Source of the DNA: Clostridia bacterium
GTDB lineage: Bacteria > Bacillota > Clostridia > Christensenellales > CAG-1252
Length of the DNA: 64,000 nucleotides
Direction of reading: 5' to 3'
Assembly: GCA_017444385.1 (NCBI GenBank)
Contig: JAFSWQ010000008.1
Location: 5,004 to 69,003, forward strand
Position 1 is the first letter of the stretch; every line of letters begins with the position of its first letter. Shown here piece after piece: positions 46,126 to 54,444 of this stretch. The notes under the pieces were generated by a model. The model saw only the letters and a list, made by a program, of their open reading frames with translations. It was not told where the DNA came from and did no database searches. Both the position numbers and the translations under genes were made by a program.

Positions 46126-46303
46126 TAGTCTTATAGGTTTAAGTTTAAGGGAAGCCGAGAGGATATTGACCGAGAAGGGCATAAGCTATACGGTCGTCAA
46201 TTCCACGGGTTCCCGGGACGAATTGGTGGTCAAAGTAGGGAAGGACTACGCGTTGTACGTTTATCCTTTTCTTCTCGACCCCGCGAGAAAAGAAAATGAG
46301 TGA
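46118..46303 (+). CDS. possible small PASTA-like protein (61 aa, GTG start)
   Basis: Part of ORF 46070..46303. After the frr stop it reads VSNSLIGLSLREAERILTEKGISYTVV, which resembles a single PASTA repeat. The RBS is weak, and the ORF overlaps the frr end and the cdsA start. Confidence 0.3.
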   Translation: MSNSLIGLSLREAERILTEKGISYTVVNSTGSRDELVVKVGKDYALYVYPFLLDPARKENE

Positions 46304-47201
46304 AGGCTTAAAAAGATTTATTACGGGCGTCGTACTATTGGGGATATTGTTTTTCTTCCTCTTGTATTTAAGGACGTTGGCTATATGGACGGTCGATATT
46401 TTGGTTATGGCGTTTTTGGGCGTGGGTATGTTCGAAATGTATCGCGCGACGAAATTGCAGCAAAAACCCATTATCGCGCCGCTTGTGACCTTCTTCGTCA
46501 TAGTTTATCCTCTATGGTGGTTTTTGAGAGATATCGGCGTCCTTATCGCTTTATCGCTATCCATCATCGAGGCGTTGACGATATTTACGTTTGCTCTCAC
46601 GGACGGGGAAGATAAAAAGGTTCAAAAATACGACTTGCACGACTTGGGCGTTACCCTTTTGACGCTTATCTATCCCGGCTTATTCGTCGCGATGTTTATG
46701 TCGGTCAACTACCATGCGGGCGACCTTCTCGCTATCCTTATGATGCTCATCGTTCCTTTAATGGACGACGCTTGCGCGTATTTCGTCGGCTCGAAATTCG
46801 GCAAACATAAGCTCATTCCCGCTATATCCCCAAAAAAGTCGGTTGAAGGGCTTTTCGGCGGTATCGCGGGCGGCATTTTAGCGCAAGCGATAATATTCCT
46901 TCTTTTCGAAGTGTTCGGCGTATTCAGCGGTTGGAATAACGTTTTAGTCCCCTCGATAAGTGATAAACTCTACGTTTCCATACCTATTTATATGGTCCTC
47001 GCGCTCATTTTGGTAGCCGCGGATTTCGCGGGGGACTTGGTCGCGAGCCGTATAAAACGTATAGTTGGTATTAAGGACTACGGCAAGATATTCCCCGGTC
47101 ACGGCGGCGTTATGGATAGGTTGGACAGCCTCATATTCGCAATGCCCGTCGTGTACGTGTTCTTTACTTTTTGTAGAGAATTCGGCTTGTTGTATCAATG
47201 A
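46296..47201 (+). CDS. cdsA: phosphatidate cytidylyltransferase
   Basis: Polytopic membrane protein. C-terminal signature SRIKRIVGIKDYGKIFPGHGGVMDRLDS. Confidence 0.9.
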   Translation: MSEGLKRFITGVVLLGILFFFLLYLRTLAIWTVDILVMAFLGVGMFEMYRATKLQQKPIIAPLVTFFVIVYPLWWFLRDIGVLIALSLSIIEALTIFTFALTDGEDKKVQKYDLHDLGVTLLTLIYPGLFVAMFMSVNYHAGDLLAILMMLIVPLMDDACAYFVGSKFGKHKLIPAISPKKSVEGLFGGIAGGILAQAIIFLLFEVFGVFSGWNNVLVPSISDKLYVSIPIYMVLALILVAADFAGDLVASRIKRIVGIKDYGKIFPGHGGVMDRLDSLIFAMPVVYVFFTFCREFGLLYQ

Positions 47202-48283
47202 AAAAGGTAGTCGTTTTAGGCTCTACCGGCTCTATCGGCAGGCAAACTCTCGAAGTCGTAAAGGAGTTGAAGTACGAAGTCGTAGGCTTGGGTTGCAATA
47301 AAAACGTCGACCTACTAAAAACGCAGCTAAAAGAATTCGGCTGCGAAGTAGGCGCGGCTATCGTCAGCGGCGACGGGTTGTTTGGCGGGTTAGACGCTTA
47401 TACCGACCTCGTTAAAAGCCTTGATTTCGATATTCTTGTTGCCGCGGCAAGCGGATTATCCTCTTTGAAAGCCGTCTTGTACGCTCTCGAAAAGGGCAAG
47501 CGCGTGGCTCTCGCTAACAAAGAAATAGCGGTTTGCGCGGGGGGATTATTAGTAGAAGCCGCGAAAAAAGGCGAACTTATCCCCGTAGACAGCGAACATT
47601 CCGCTATATTCCAGTGCTTACAAGCGGGCAAAGAGATAAAGAGCGTTACCATTACTTGTTCGGGCGGCGCGTTAAGGGATATGCCTATTGAAAAATTGCC
47701 TTACGCCACGGTAGAGGACGCTTTGCGCCATCCCAATTGGTCGATGGGGGATAAAATTACCGTCGACTGCGCGACTATGGCTAACAAGGCTTTCGAGGTG
47801 GTGGAAGCGGCGACATTATTCGATATCCCTTACGAGAAAATAAAGGTGACGATCCATAAAGAGAGCCTTACGCACGGTTTCGTTACCTTCGTTGACGGCT
47901 CTATAATATCGCAGGTTTCCCGCCCCGATATGCGCACCCCCATTCGTTACGCGCTTACCTATCCCAATAGGTCGAATATAGACGATGATTTCGATCTAAT
48001 TGGCAAGACGATGACTTTTTCGGATTACGACGAAAAGCGTTATCCCTTATTTAAGAAGATAGTCGAAGGGTCAAAGCGTAGCGCCGCGTCTTCCGCTTTT
48101 ATCGCGGGATTAGACGAAGGTGCGGTCGGTCGATTCTTGAAAGGTGATATAAATTACTTAAATTTGCATAGAATTATTACTGCGGGCGTAGAAAACGCCC
48201 CAAAAGGAAATATAACCACCGCGGACGAGGCTCGCGCGTACTACGACGAGGGCGTAAACTTCGCGAAGGGTTACAAGGTGTAA
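47198..48283 (+). CDS. dxr: 1-deoxy-D-xylulose 5-phosphate reductoisomerase
   Basis: VLGSTGSIGRQTL NADPH motif, LANKE, and DSEHSAIFQC. Confidence 0.95.
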   Translation: MKKVVVLGSTGSIGRQTLEVVKELKYEVVGLGCNKNVDLLKTQLKEFGCEVGAAIVSGDGLFGGLDAYTDLVKSLDFDILVAAASGLSSLKAVLYALEKGKRVALANKEIAVCAGGLLVEAAKKGELIPVDSEHSAIFQCLQAGKEIKSVTITCSGGALRDMPIEKLPYATVEDALRHPNWSMGDKITVDCATMANKAFEVVEAATLFDIPYEKIKVTIHKESLTHGFVTFVDGSIISQVSRPDMRTPIRYALTYPNRSNIDDDFDLIGKTMTFSDYDEKRYPLFKKIVEGSKRSAASSAFIAGLDEGAVGRFLKGDINYLNLHRIITAGVENAPKGNITTADEARAYYDEGVNFAKGYKV

Positions 48284-48284
48284 A

Positions 48285-49430
48285 ATGGCATTATTAGGTT
48301 CGGTACAAAGCGTATTCAGTACCATTGGTTATATAATCGTCGCGTTACTTACGCTGATGGTGATGATAGTTATCCACGAATTCGGTCATTACGTCGTGGG
48401 TAAGATTTTGAAATTCAAGATCAACGAATTCGCGATAGGTTTCGGCCCCCCGATCCTTCGCTTTATGATGAAGAGCGGGGAATATTTCAGTATTCGCCCC
48501 ATACCTTTGGGCGGTTTTTGCGCGTTTGAAGGCGAGGACGGCGAGAGCGCGGTCGAGGGTAGCTTTAACTCTATGGCGCCCTGGAAGAGAATACTCGTTC
48601 TTATCGCCGGCGTGACCTTCAATATTATATCCGCGTTTTTGGTTATGGGCATAGTTTTCTCGGCATACGGCTATGCGCTTCCTCAAGTGAGGTCGCTTTA
48701 CGAGTCGACCGATCCCGCCTACGTCCATACGTTAAAGGAAAACGACGTTATTATCAAACTCGACGGCAAAAACGTTTATAGCCTCGTCGACTTTAATATA
48801 GGTTCTATCATATCCAAAGCGGATAAAGAGGAAATACCCGCCGTTATTTATCGCGACGGCGAGGTCATAGAGGTAACCGTAAGACCCGGCGAATTCAAAT
48901 ATCCCGTCTACGCCGACGACGCGTACAACGAAGACGGCTCTTTGAAAGAGGACGCCGTACCTACCGAATACTCGACCTATTCGGGTTTGGGTATAGTATC
49001 GCAAGTGTACTTCTATAAATTCGATTTCTTTACGTCTTTATGGCGCGGGATAGTCTATTGCGGGCAAATTATCGTATTTTTATTCCAGACGATAGGCGGC
49101 TTGTTCACGGGCGCGGTTGCCGTAAAAGGCGCGCTCGGCGGTCCTATAACCACGGTTTCGGTCATCGCGAGTTCGATTTCGATAAGCGGCTTCCGCGGAG
49201 TGCTAACCTTGCTCGGTATGATGAGCGCGAACGTCGCGATATTCAATATATTGCCTTTGCCCGCCCTCGACGGTAGTAAAGTCCTATTCGTTATAATCGA
49301 ATGGATTAGAGGTAAGCCGATAAACCGCAAGGTAGAAGCTATCATATCCACCGTTGGACTTATTTTGTTATTCAGCATGACGATAATCTTCGATATCGTC
49401 AATTTAGGCTGGATAGCGTCATTGTTCTAA
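48285..49430 (+). CDS. rseP: RIP metalloprotease RseP/RasP (site-2 protease, PDZ-containing)
   Basis: HEFGHY zinc motif in TM1. NILPLPALDGS motif. Central PDZ-like segment. Confidence 0.9.
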   Translation: MALLGSVQSVFSTIGYIIVALLTLMVMIVIHEFGHYVVGKILKFKINEFAIGFGPPILRFMMKSGEYFSIRPIPLGGFCAFEGEDGESAVEGSFNSMAPWKRILVLIAGVTFNIISAFLVMGIVFSAYGYALPQVRSLYESTDPAYVHTLKENDVIIKLDGKNVYSLVDFNIGSIISKADKEEIPAVIYRDGEVIEVTVRPGEFKYPVYADDAYNEDGSLKEDAVPTEYSTYSGLGIVSQVYFYKFDFFTSLWRGIVYCGQIIVFLFQTIGGLFTGAVAVKGALGGPITTVSVIASSISISGFRGVLTLLGMMSANVAIFNILPLPALDGSKVLFVIIEWIRGKPINRKVEAIISTVGLILLFSMTIIFDIVNLGWIASLF

Positions 49431-49431
49431 A

Positions 49432-50469
49432 ATGAGTAGAGAAGTCAAGATAGGGAAAGTTTCAATAGGTAATAATAAAATACCCGTCGTGCAAACCATG
49501 ACCAACGTCGATACTGCCGACGGGGTTTTGCTTTTGAAGGAAATTCAAAGGCTGTCTTCGGCGGGCGCAGAGATAATAAGAGCTTCGGTGAACACCGAGG
49601 ACGCGTTGAAAGGTTTCGCTTACGCTTGCCGTAATACCGACGTGCCACTCGTTGCGGATATACATTTCGACTATCAGCTCGCCATCGGCGCGGCGAAAGC
49701 GGGGGCGGCGAAAATAAGAATAAATCCCGGTAATATCGGATCGCAAGAGAGAGTAAAAGAGGTCGTATCCGCTTGCCGTGACTACGGCGCGGCTATAAGA
49801 GTGGGCGTTAATAAAGGCTCGTTAGACGTTGACCTCGTCGAAAAGTACGGCAAAACCCCCGAGGCTATCGTGGAAAGCGCGATGAGGCAGGTCGAAAGAA
49901 TTGAGCGTTACGGCTTTACCGACCTCGTTATCTCGGTCAAGTCGAGCGACGTTTCGGAAACGGTAGAGAGTTATAGGCTTTTGAGCAAGTCTACCGACTA
50001 CCCCTTGCATTTAGGGGTTACCGAGGCGGGAGGCGGCGACCTCGCGCTTATAAAGTCCTCGATAGGTATCGGCTCGCTTTTACTCTCGGGTATCGGCGAT
50101 ACGATAAGGGTATCGTTAAGCGACGATCCTATTTCGGAAGTCTACGCGGCGAAGAATATTTTAAGAGCGTTGGGAATTGACAAAAACTTCGTCAACGTGA
50201 TAAGTTGCCCCACTTGCGCGAGGACTTCTATCGACGTTATAGGGTTAGCCGAGAGGATAAGAAAAGCGACGATAAACGTAAATAAACCCCTTAAAGTCGC
50301 GATAATGGGCTGCGTCGTAAACGGATTAGGGGAAGGCGAAGACGCGGATATCGGCGTTGCGGGCGGAAAAGATAAGAGCGTAATCTTCTCGAAAGGCGTG
50401 AAGATTGCCACTATCGATAACGCGGATATAGAAAAAACGATTTTGGAATTAATTAACGAGCGTATATAA
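49432..50469 (+). CDS. ispG: 4-hydroxy-3-methylbut-2-en-1-yl diphosphate synthase
   Basis: VPLVADIHFDY, HLGVTEAGG, and Fe-S cysteines in SCPTCAR and MGCVVNGLGE. Confidence 0.95.
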   Translation: MSREVKIGKVSIGNNKIPVVQTMTNVDTADGVLLLKEIQRLSSAGAEIIRASVNTEDALKGFAYACRNTDVPLVADIHFDYQLAIGAAKAGAAKIRINPGNIGSQERVKEVVSACRDYGAAIRVGVNKGSLDVDLVEKYGKTPEAIVESAMRQVERIERYGFTDLVISVKSSDVSETVESYRLLSKSTDYPLHLGVTEAGGGDLALIKSSIGIGSLLLSGIGDTIRVSLSDDPISEVYAAKNILRALGIDKNFVNVISCPTCARTSIDVIGLAERIRKATINVNKPLKVAIMGCVVNGLGEGEDADIGVAGGKDKSVIFSKGVKIATIDNADIEKTILELINERI

Positions 50470-50632
50470 ACCATACAATAAAGAAAGGTTCTTTATATAA
50501 AACAAGCAAAAAGCAAGCTTAACGAAAAGCAAACGAAAGGAAAATCAAACCTAACGAATAGTAAAAAGTAAAACAACCTACCGAATAGCAAATCTAACTA
50601 AACGCGTTTTAGTAATGACGAATTGGTGAAAA

Positions 50633-52129
50633 ATGGACGATTTTTTAATACGATTCAACGAAGCCACGAATAACAAATACTCCTATTTGCGTATTAAGCG
50701 AGTGGATATCTTCAAGAGCGAGCGCAAGGCTTGTATCTATTTTTACGTTCCCGAAAAGATATACGAAAGAGGTTTCGATAACACCGTCCAAAAAGAACTC
50801 GGAAAGTTTTGCCAAAAGATCGCGCGTAATATGAAGTGCGAGTTTTACTTCGAAAGGTTGCTCGTTTCCGAGAGTATTTGTAAGGAAAACGTGGAAGAGT
50901 TTTGCCTCTCGCGTTATCCTTTTTTGACTTCCTCTATAAACGCCGACTGTATTAAGGTAGAGATTCGGGACGAGATCAAGGTTTTCATCACGATAGAAGA
51001 GGACGTTTTCAACGTGATAGAGCAGTCGGATTTCGCCGAGAAACTCGTTTACTATCTTCAAGAAACCTATATTTTACCCACTTCGATAGAGTTTAACGTG
51101 GTTAAAAAGGGCGTTATCAAAATCGAAACCGAAGAACTCGGCGTCAAAACCAAAAAGACCGTGCCCATAAAAGGATTCGAGTATCTTTGCGGCGTGAACG
51201 CCAAGACGATTAACTTCCCCGTATTCATCGACTCGGTTAAAAGAGCGGCGGATAACGCCACAATTTGCGGCGTAGTCGACGAGTATCATTTCAAGGAAAA
51301 CGAGAAGCCCGAAGACGAGAATAAATTTTACAGGAAGTATTCCTATCGTTTGGTTTTGAACGACCTTACCGAAAAAATGACGGTTTATTTTTCCACTAAC
51401 GACGAAAAATGTCCTTTGAAAGACGTAACGGTAGGGAAGGAAATTTTGGCGAGAGGCAAGATACTTTATAGCGTCATTAAAGGCGCGTTCGTTATGTACG
51501 CGAAGAGCGTTTACACCTGTAAATTGGACGTTGAGAAGATAAAGGAAGCGATAAAGCCTCTACCCCCGCCCGAAACCATGGAGAAAGAACCGGAGCCTTA
51601 CGTCGGCGGTGACTTTTTGCTTGAACAACGCCTTGAAGATCTCGATAAAGAGTACGAACCCAAAGAATTCGACGCGGTGTTTTTCGCTTATAATTTAGTG
51701 AACCCGAAATCGTTCAGCCCGTGGGAAATCACCATGCTTTCTTTTGAAAAGGGTAAATGCAAAGAAGTTTATAATACGTTCGTGAGAACTTCGAATATCG
51801 AAGCGATAGATCCCGAATTCAAAGCTAAGGTTAACGTCGCTAAACGCCTATCAGACCTTGTCGGCGATATATTATGCTTCACGAAAGGCAAGCAGTTTAT
51901 ATGTCAAAATCCCTCGTTCGTCGTCCCCGAAATAGCCGCTTTATGCAAGCCGCAAAGATACGAATTCGCCCCCGAGGCTTTCGACGCGGATAAAATAGGT
52001 ATGAAGGTCAGCAAAGGCGAACAGGATTTACGCAAAAACCTCAAACTTCACGGAATAGCCTTGAAGAGCGAAAGAACCTACGACCTCGCTATCGCAATGG
52101 CAAAACTCTATTTGAAAGTATTGAAGTAA
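50633..52129 (+). CDS. PolC N-terminal-like protein (N-domains plus OB-like plus degenerate exonuclease-like domain; no PHP or polymerase core)
   Basis: 498-aa ORF in the slot where Firmicutes usually carry polC (after rseP, before rimP-nusA). IKRVDIFKSERKACIYFYVP resembles the PolC N-domain. ATICGVVDEYHF...MTVYFS is OB-like. ERTYDLAIAMAKLYLKVLK resembles the PolC ExoIII motif HRAIYDTEATAYLLLKML. The ExoI acidic residues are absent (FDAVFFAYNLVNP). Comparison from memory only. Confidence 0.45.
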   Translation: MDDFLIRFNEATNNKYSYLRIKRVDIFKSERKACIYFYVPEKIYERGFDNTVQKELGKFCQKIARNMKCEFYFERLLVSESICKENVEEFCLSRYPFLTSSINADCIKVEIRDEIKVFITIEEDVFNVIEQSDFAEKLVYYLQETYILPTSIEFNVVKKGVIKIETEELGVKTKKTVPIKGFEYLCGVNAKTINFPVFIDSVKRAADNATICGVVDEYHFKENEKPEDENKFYRKYSYRLVLNDLTEKMTVYFSTNDEKCPLKDVTVGKEILARGKILYSVIKGAFVMYAKSVYTCKLDVEKIKEAIKPLPPPETMEKEPEPYVGGDFLLEQRLEDLDKEYEPKEFDAVFFAYNLVNPKSFSPWEITMLSFEKGKCKEVYNTFVRTSNIEAIDPEFKAKVNVAKRLSDLVGDILCFTKGKQFICQNPSFVVPEIAALCKPQRYEFAPEAFDADKIGMKVSKGEQDLRKNLKLHGIALKSERTYDLAIAMAKLYLKVLK

Positions 52130-52175
52130 AAGAGAAGCGTTTGTAAAATTTTTTCCAAAACATATATTAAAATGA

Positions 52176-52204
52176 TTGCTAAAAGTAAATAATAGTTATA
52201 TAAT
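52176..52204 (+). promoter_or_regulatory. candidate promoter of the rimP-nusA-infB operon
   Basis: TTGCTA (52176-52181), 17 nt, TATAAT (52199-52204). Confidence 0.5.
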
Positions 52205-52243
52205 AATATTGCAAACTGAAATTATCGCGTTAAGCGGTGTTTG

Positions 52244-52272
52244 GTGAGCCCATTCGGGCTCACTTTATTATT
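52244..52272 (+). terminator. terminator-like hairpin in the rimP-nusA leader (possible attenuator)
   Basis: GTGAGCCC-ATTC-GGGCTCAC 8-bp stem followed by TTTATTATT. Located between the promoter and the rimP RBS. Confidence 0.45.
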
Positions 52273-52306
52273 AAATAGGCGCGTTTATCGCGCAAAGGAG
52301 GCGAAT

Positions 52307-52771
52307 ATGGCCGACGTAAAACAAAGAGCCGAACAAGCTACCAAAGACGCTATCGAAGCGTTGGGTTACGAGATAGTCGAAGTGACCTATAAAAAAGAAT
52401 TCGGCACCCCCACTTTGACCTTCTTCGTCGACGTCGATAGAGAGGGCGGAATAAACCTCGACGATTGCGAGAAGATAAGCAGAACCATCGACCCCATTCT
52501 CGATAAGGAGGACGTTACCGACGGAGTAGCGTACAACCTCAACGTTTCAAGCCCCGGCCTCGACCGTCCTTTGAAAACCGAGAGAGACTTTCGCAAGCAT
52601 CTCGAAAAAGAAATAGAGATCGGCTTCTACGCCCCTTATCAAGGCAAGAAGAAGATCGAGCGCGTTTTGGTCGCCTGGAACGACGAAACGATAACCGTAT
52701 CGGACGGTAAAAATCAAGAAACTATTGATAGGAAACTTATTTCCATCATCAAACCTGTAATAAAATTTTAA
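52307..52771 (+). CDS. rimP: ribosome maturation factor RimP
   Basis: ORF 52241..52771. AAGGAGG RBS, then ATG 52307. LGYEIVEVTY...LTFFVD pattern. Directly upstream of nusA. Confidence 0.9.
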   Translation: MADVKQRAEQATKDAIEALGYEIVEVTYKKEFGTPTLTFFVDVDREGGINLDDCEKISRTIDPILDKEDVTDGVAYNLNVSSPGLDRPLKTERDFRKHLEKEIEIGFYAPYQGKKKIERVLVAWNDETITVSDGKNQETIDRKLISIIKPVIKF

Positions 52772-52789
52772 CGAAATCACGGAGGAATT

Positions 52790-53887
52790 ATGCAAAGTAA
52801 AGAATTTTTTGCCGCATTGGACGAATTGGAACAACAAAGACGTATAGATAGAGATACGTTTATTCAAAGTTTGGAATCCGGTCTTGCTTCCGCTTACAAG
52901 AAAGAAGAAGCTGAAAACAAGGAAGCGGGCGACGCTTTTCACGTTCGTATCAAATTGAACTATGAAAAACACGAGATCAAAGTCGTTGCTTTTAAGAGAG
53001 TCATCGAAGACGATGAGAAAGAGGCGGACGGAGATATTTGTTTAAGCGAAGCGAAAAAAATCAAGGCTTCCGCGAAAGTAGGCGACGAAATAATGACGAG
53101 AGAAATTCAATCCAAGCAATTCTCCCGTATCGCGGCGCAAACCGCTAAACAAGTCGTAACTCAAAGATTAAACGACGCCAAGAAAGCCCAAATCTTCGAC
53201 GAAATGAACGACAAAGAAGGCGAGATCCTTCCCGCTATCATTCGTAAGATCGAGCCTAACGCGGTGTTCGTCGAGATAGTTTCCACCCAAATGGAAGGCA
53301 TTATGGGTTTGACCGATCAAATCAAAGGCGAAAAGTACAACGTCGGCGATATCATTAAGGTTTACGTCAAAAAGTTGAAGAAGTCCTCTTACGGCAACGC
53401 GCAAGTTATGGTTTCGCGCGCGAACGTGAACTTCGTCAAGCGTTTGTTCGAGAACGAAGTGCCCGAAATCAAAAGCGGCGTAGTCGTTATCAAAAAGATC
53501 GTTCGCGAAGCGGGTTACAGAACCAAAATCGCGGTTAGCAGCACCGATCTCGCGGTCGACCCCGTAGGCGCGTGCATAGGTCCTAAGGGCAGCCGTATCA
53601 ACGCCATCGTCAAGGAATTGAACGGCGAAAGAATCGACGTTATCGAGTGGTCGTCCGATCCCTTACAATATATCGCTAACGCTTTGAGCCCCGCGAAAGC
53701 CGCTCTCGTCCAAGTCAACGACGGCGCGTATTCCGCGAAGGTGTTCGTAAAAGACGATATCCTCTCTTTAGCTATCGGTAGAGACGGTCAAAACGCTCGT
53801 CTTGCCGCTAAATTGACCGAATGGAAAATAGACGTCAAGCCTTTGAGCGAATGCGATATCATTCCCGAAGGAGACGGCGATATTTGA
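52790..53887 (+). CDS. nusA: transcription termination/antitermination factor NusA
   Basis: S1 domain followed by two KH domains (GACIGPKGSRI; AIGRDGQNARLA). Confidence 0.95.
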   Translation: MQSKEFFAALDELEQQRRIDRDTFIQSLESGLASAYKKEEAENKEAGDAFHVRIKLNYEKHEIKVVAFKRVIEDDEKEADGDICLSEAKKIKASAKVGDEIMTREIQSKQFSRIAAQTAKQVVTQRLNDAKKAQIFDEMNDKEGEILPAIIRKIEPNAVFVEIVSTQMEGIMGLTDQIKGEKYNVGDIIKVYVKKLKKSSYGNAQVMVSRANVNFVKRLFENEVPEIKSGVVVIKKIVREAGYRTKIAVSSTDLAVDPVGACIGPKGSRINAIVKELNGERIDVIEWSSDPLQYIANALSPAKAALVQVNDGAYSAKVFVKDDILSLAIGRDGQNARLAAKLTEWKIDVKPLSECDIIPEGDGDI

Positions 53888-54141
53888 TGATATCTTTAAG
53901 AGTTTGCGCGGTATGTCATAAAAAAGCGCCGAAAGAGGAGTTTTTAAGAGTCGTTCGAGTCGGCGACGAATATGTGGTCGACCTTACCTACAAGGTAAAC
54001 GGTCGGGGCGCGTATATCTGTCGAGAAGGGGGCTGCGTCGAGTCCGCAAAAAAGAAGAACGCCCTAAAACGCTCGTTCAAAGCGTTCGTTCCCGACGAGG
54101 CGTACGAGGAGTTAGCGAAGTATGGTAAACCAAAAGATTAG
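53887..54141 (+). CDS. ylxR: YlxR/RnpM family RNA-binding protein (DUF448)
   Basis: ATG 53887 overlaps the nusA TGA. RVCAVCHKK...VNGRGAYIC motif. Confidence 0.85.
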   Translation: MISLRVCAVCHKKAPKEEFLRVVRVGDEYVVDLTYKVNGRGAYICREGGCVESAKKKNALKRSFKAFVPDEAYEELAKYGKPKD

Positions 54142-54427
54142 ATCTTATTTCGGCTTTGCCGTTCGCTCGGGCGCAATAGTATACGGCGCCGATACGATAC
54201 TTCGTTCGACTAAGAGGCCGCACCTCGTAGCGATAAGCGAAGACATAAACGAAACCGCCGCAAAAAGGTTAACGAAATATTGTGAAAACAAGTCTATTAA
54301 ATTATTAGTCTTCTTAAAAGGCGAGATCGCGGATCTCGTACATAGAGAAAACTGCAAATGCGCGGGTATCTTGGATAAGAACTTGGCGTCTGCTATAATA
54401 ACACAACGTAATGAATTGCCAAATTAG
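54122..54427 (+). CDS. ylxQ: L7Ae/YlxQ family RNA-binding protein
   Basis: 101 aa between ylxR and infB. The GFAVRSGAIVYGADT pattern is typical of YlxQ. Confidence 0.8.
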   Translation: MVNQKIRSYFGFAVRSGAIVYGADTILRSTKRPHLVAISEDINETAAKRLTKYCENKSIKLLVFLKGEIADLVHRENCKCAGILDKNLASAIITQRNELPN

Positions 54428-54444
54428 AAAAAAAGGAGCGTTTG

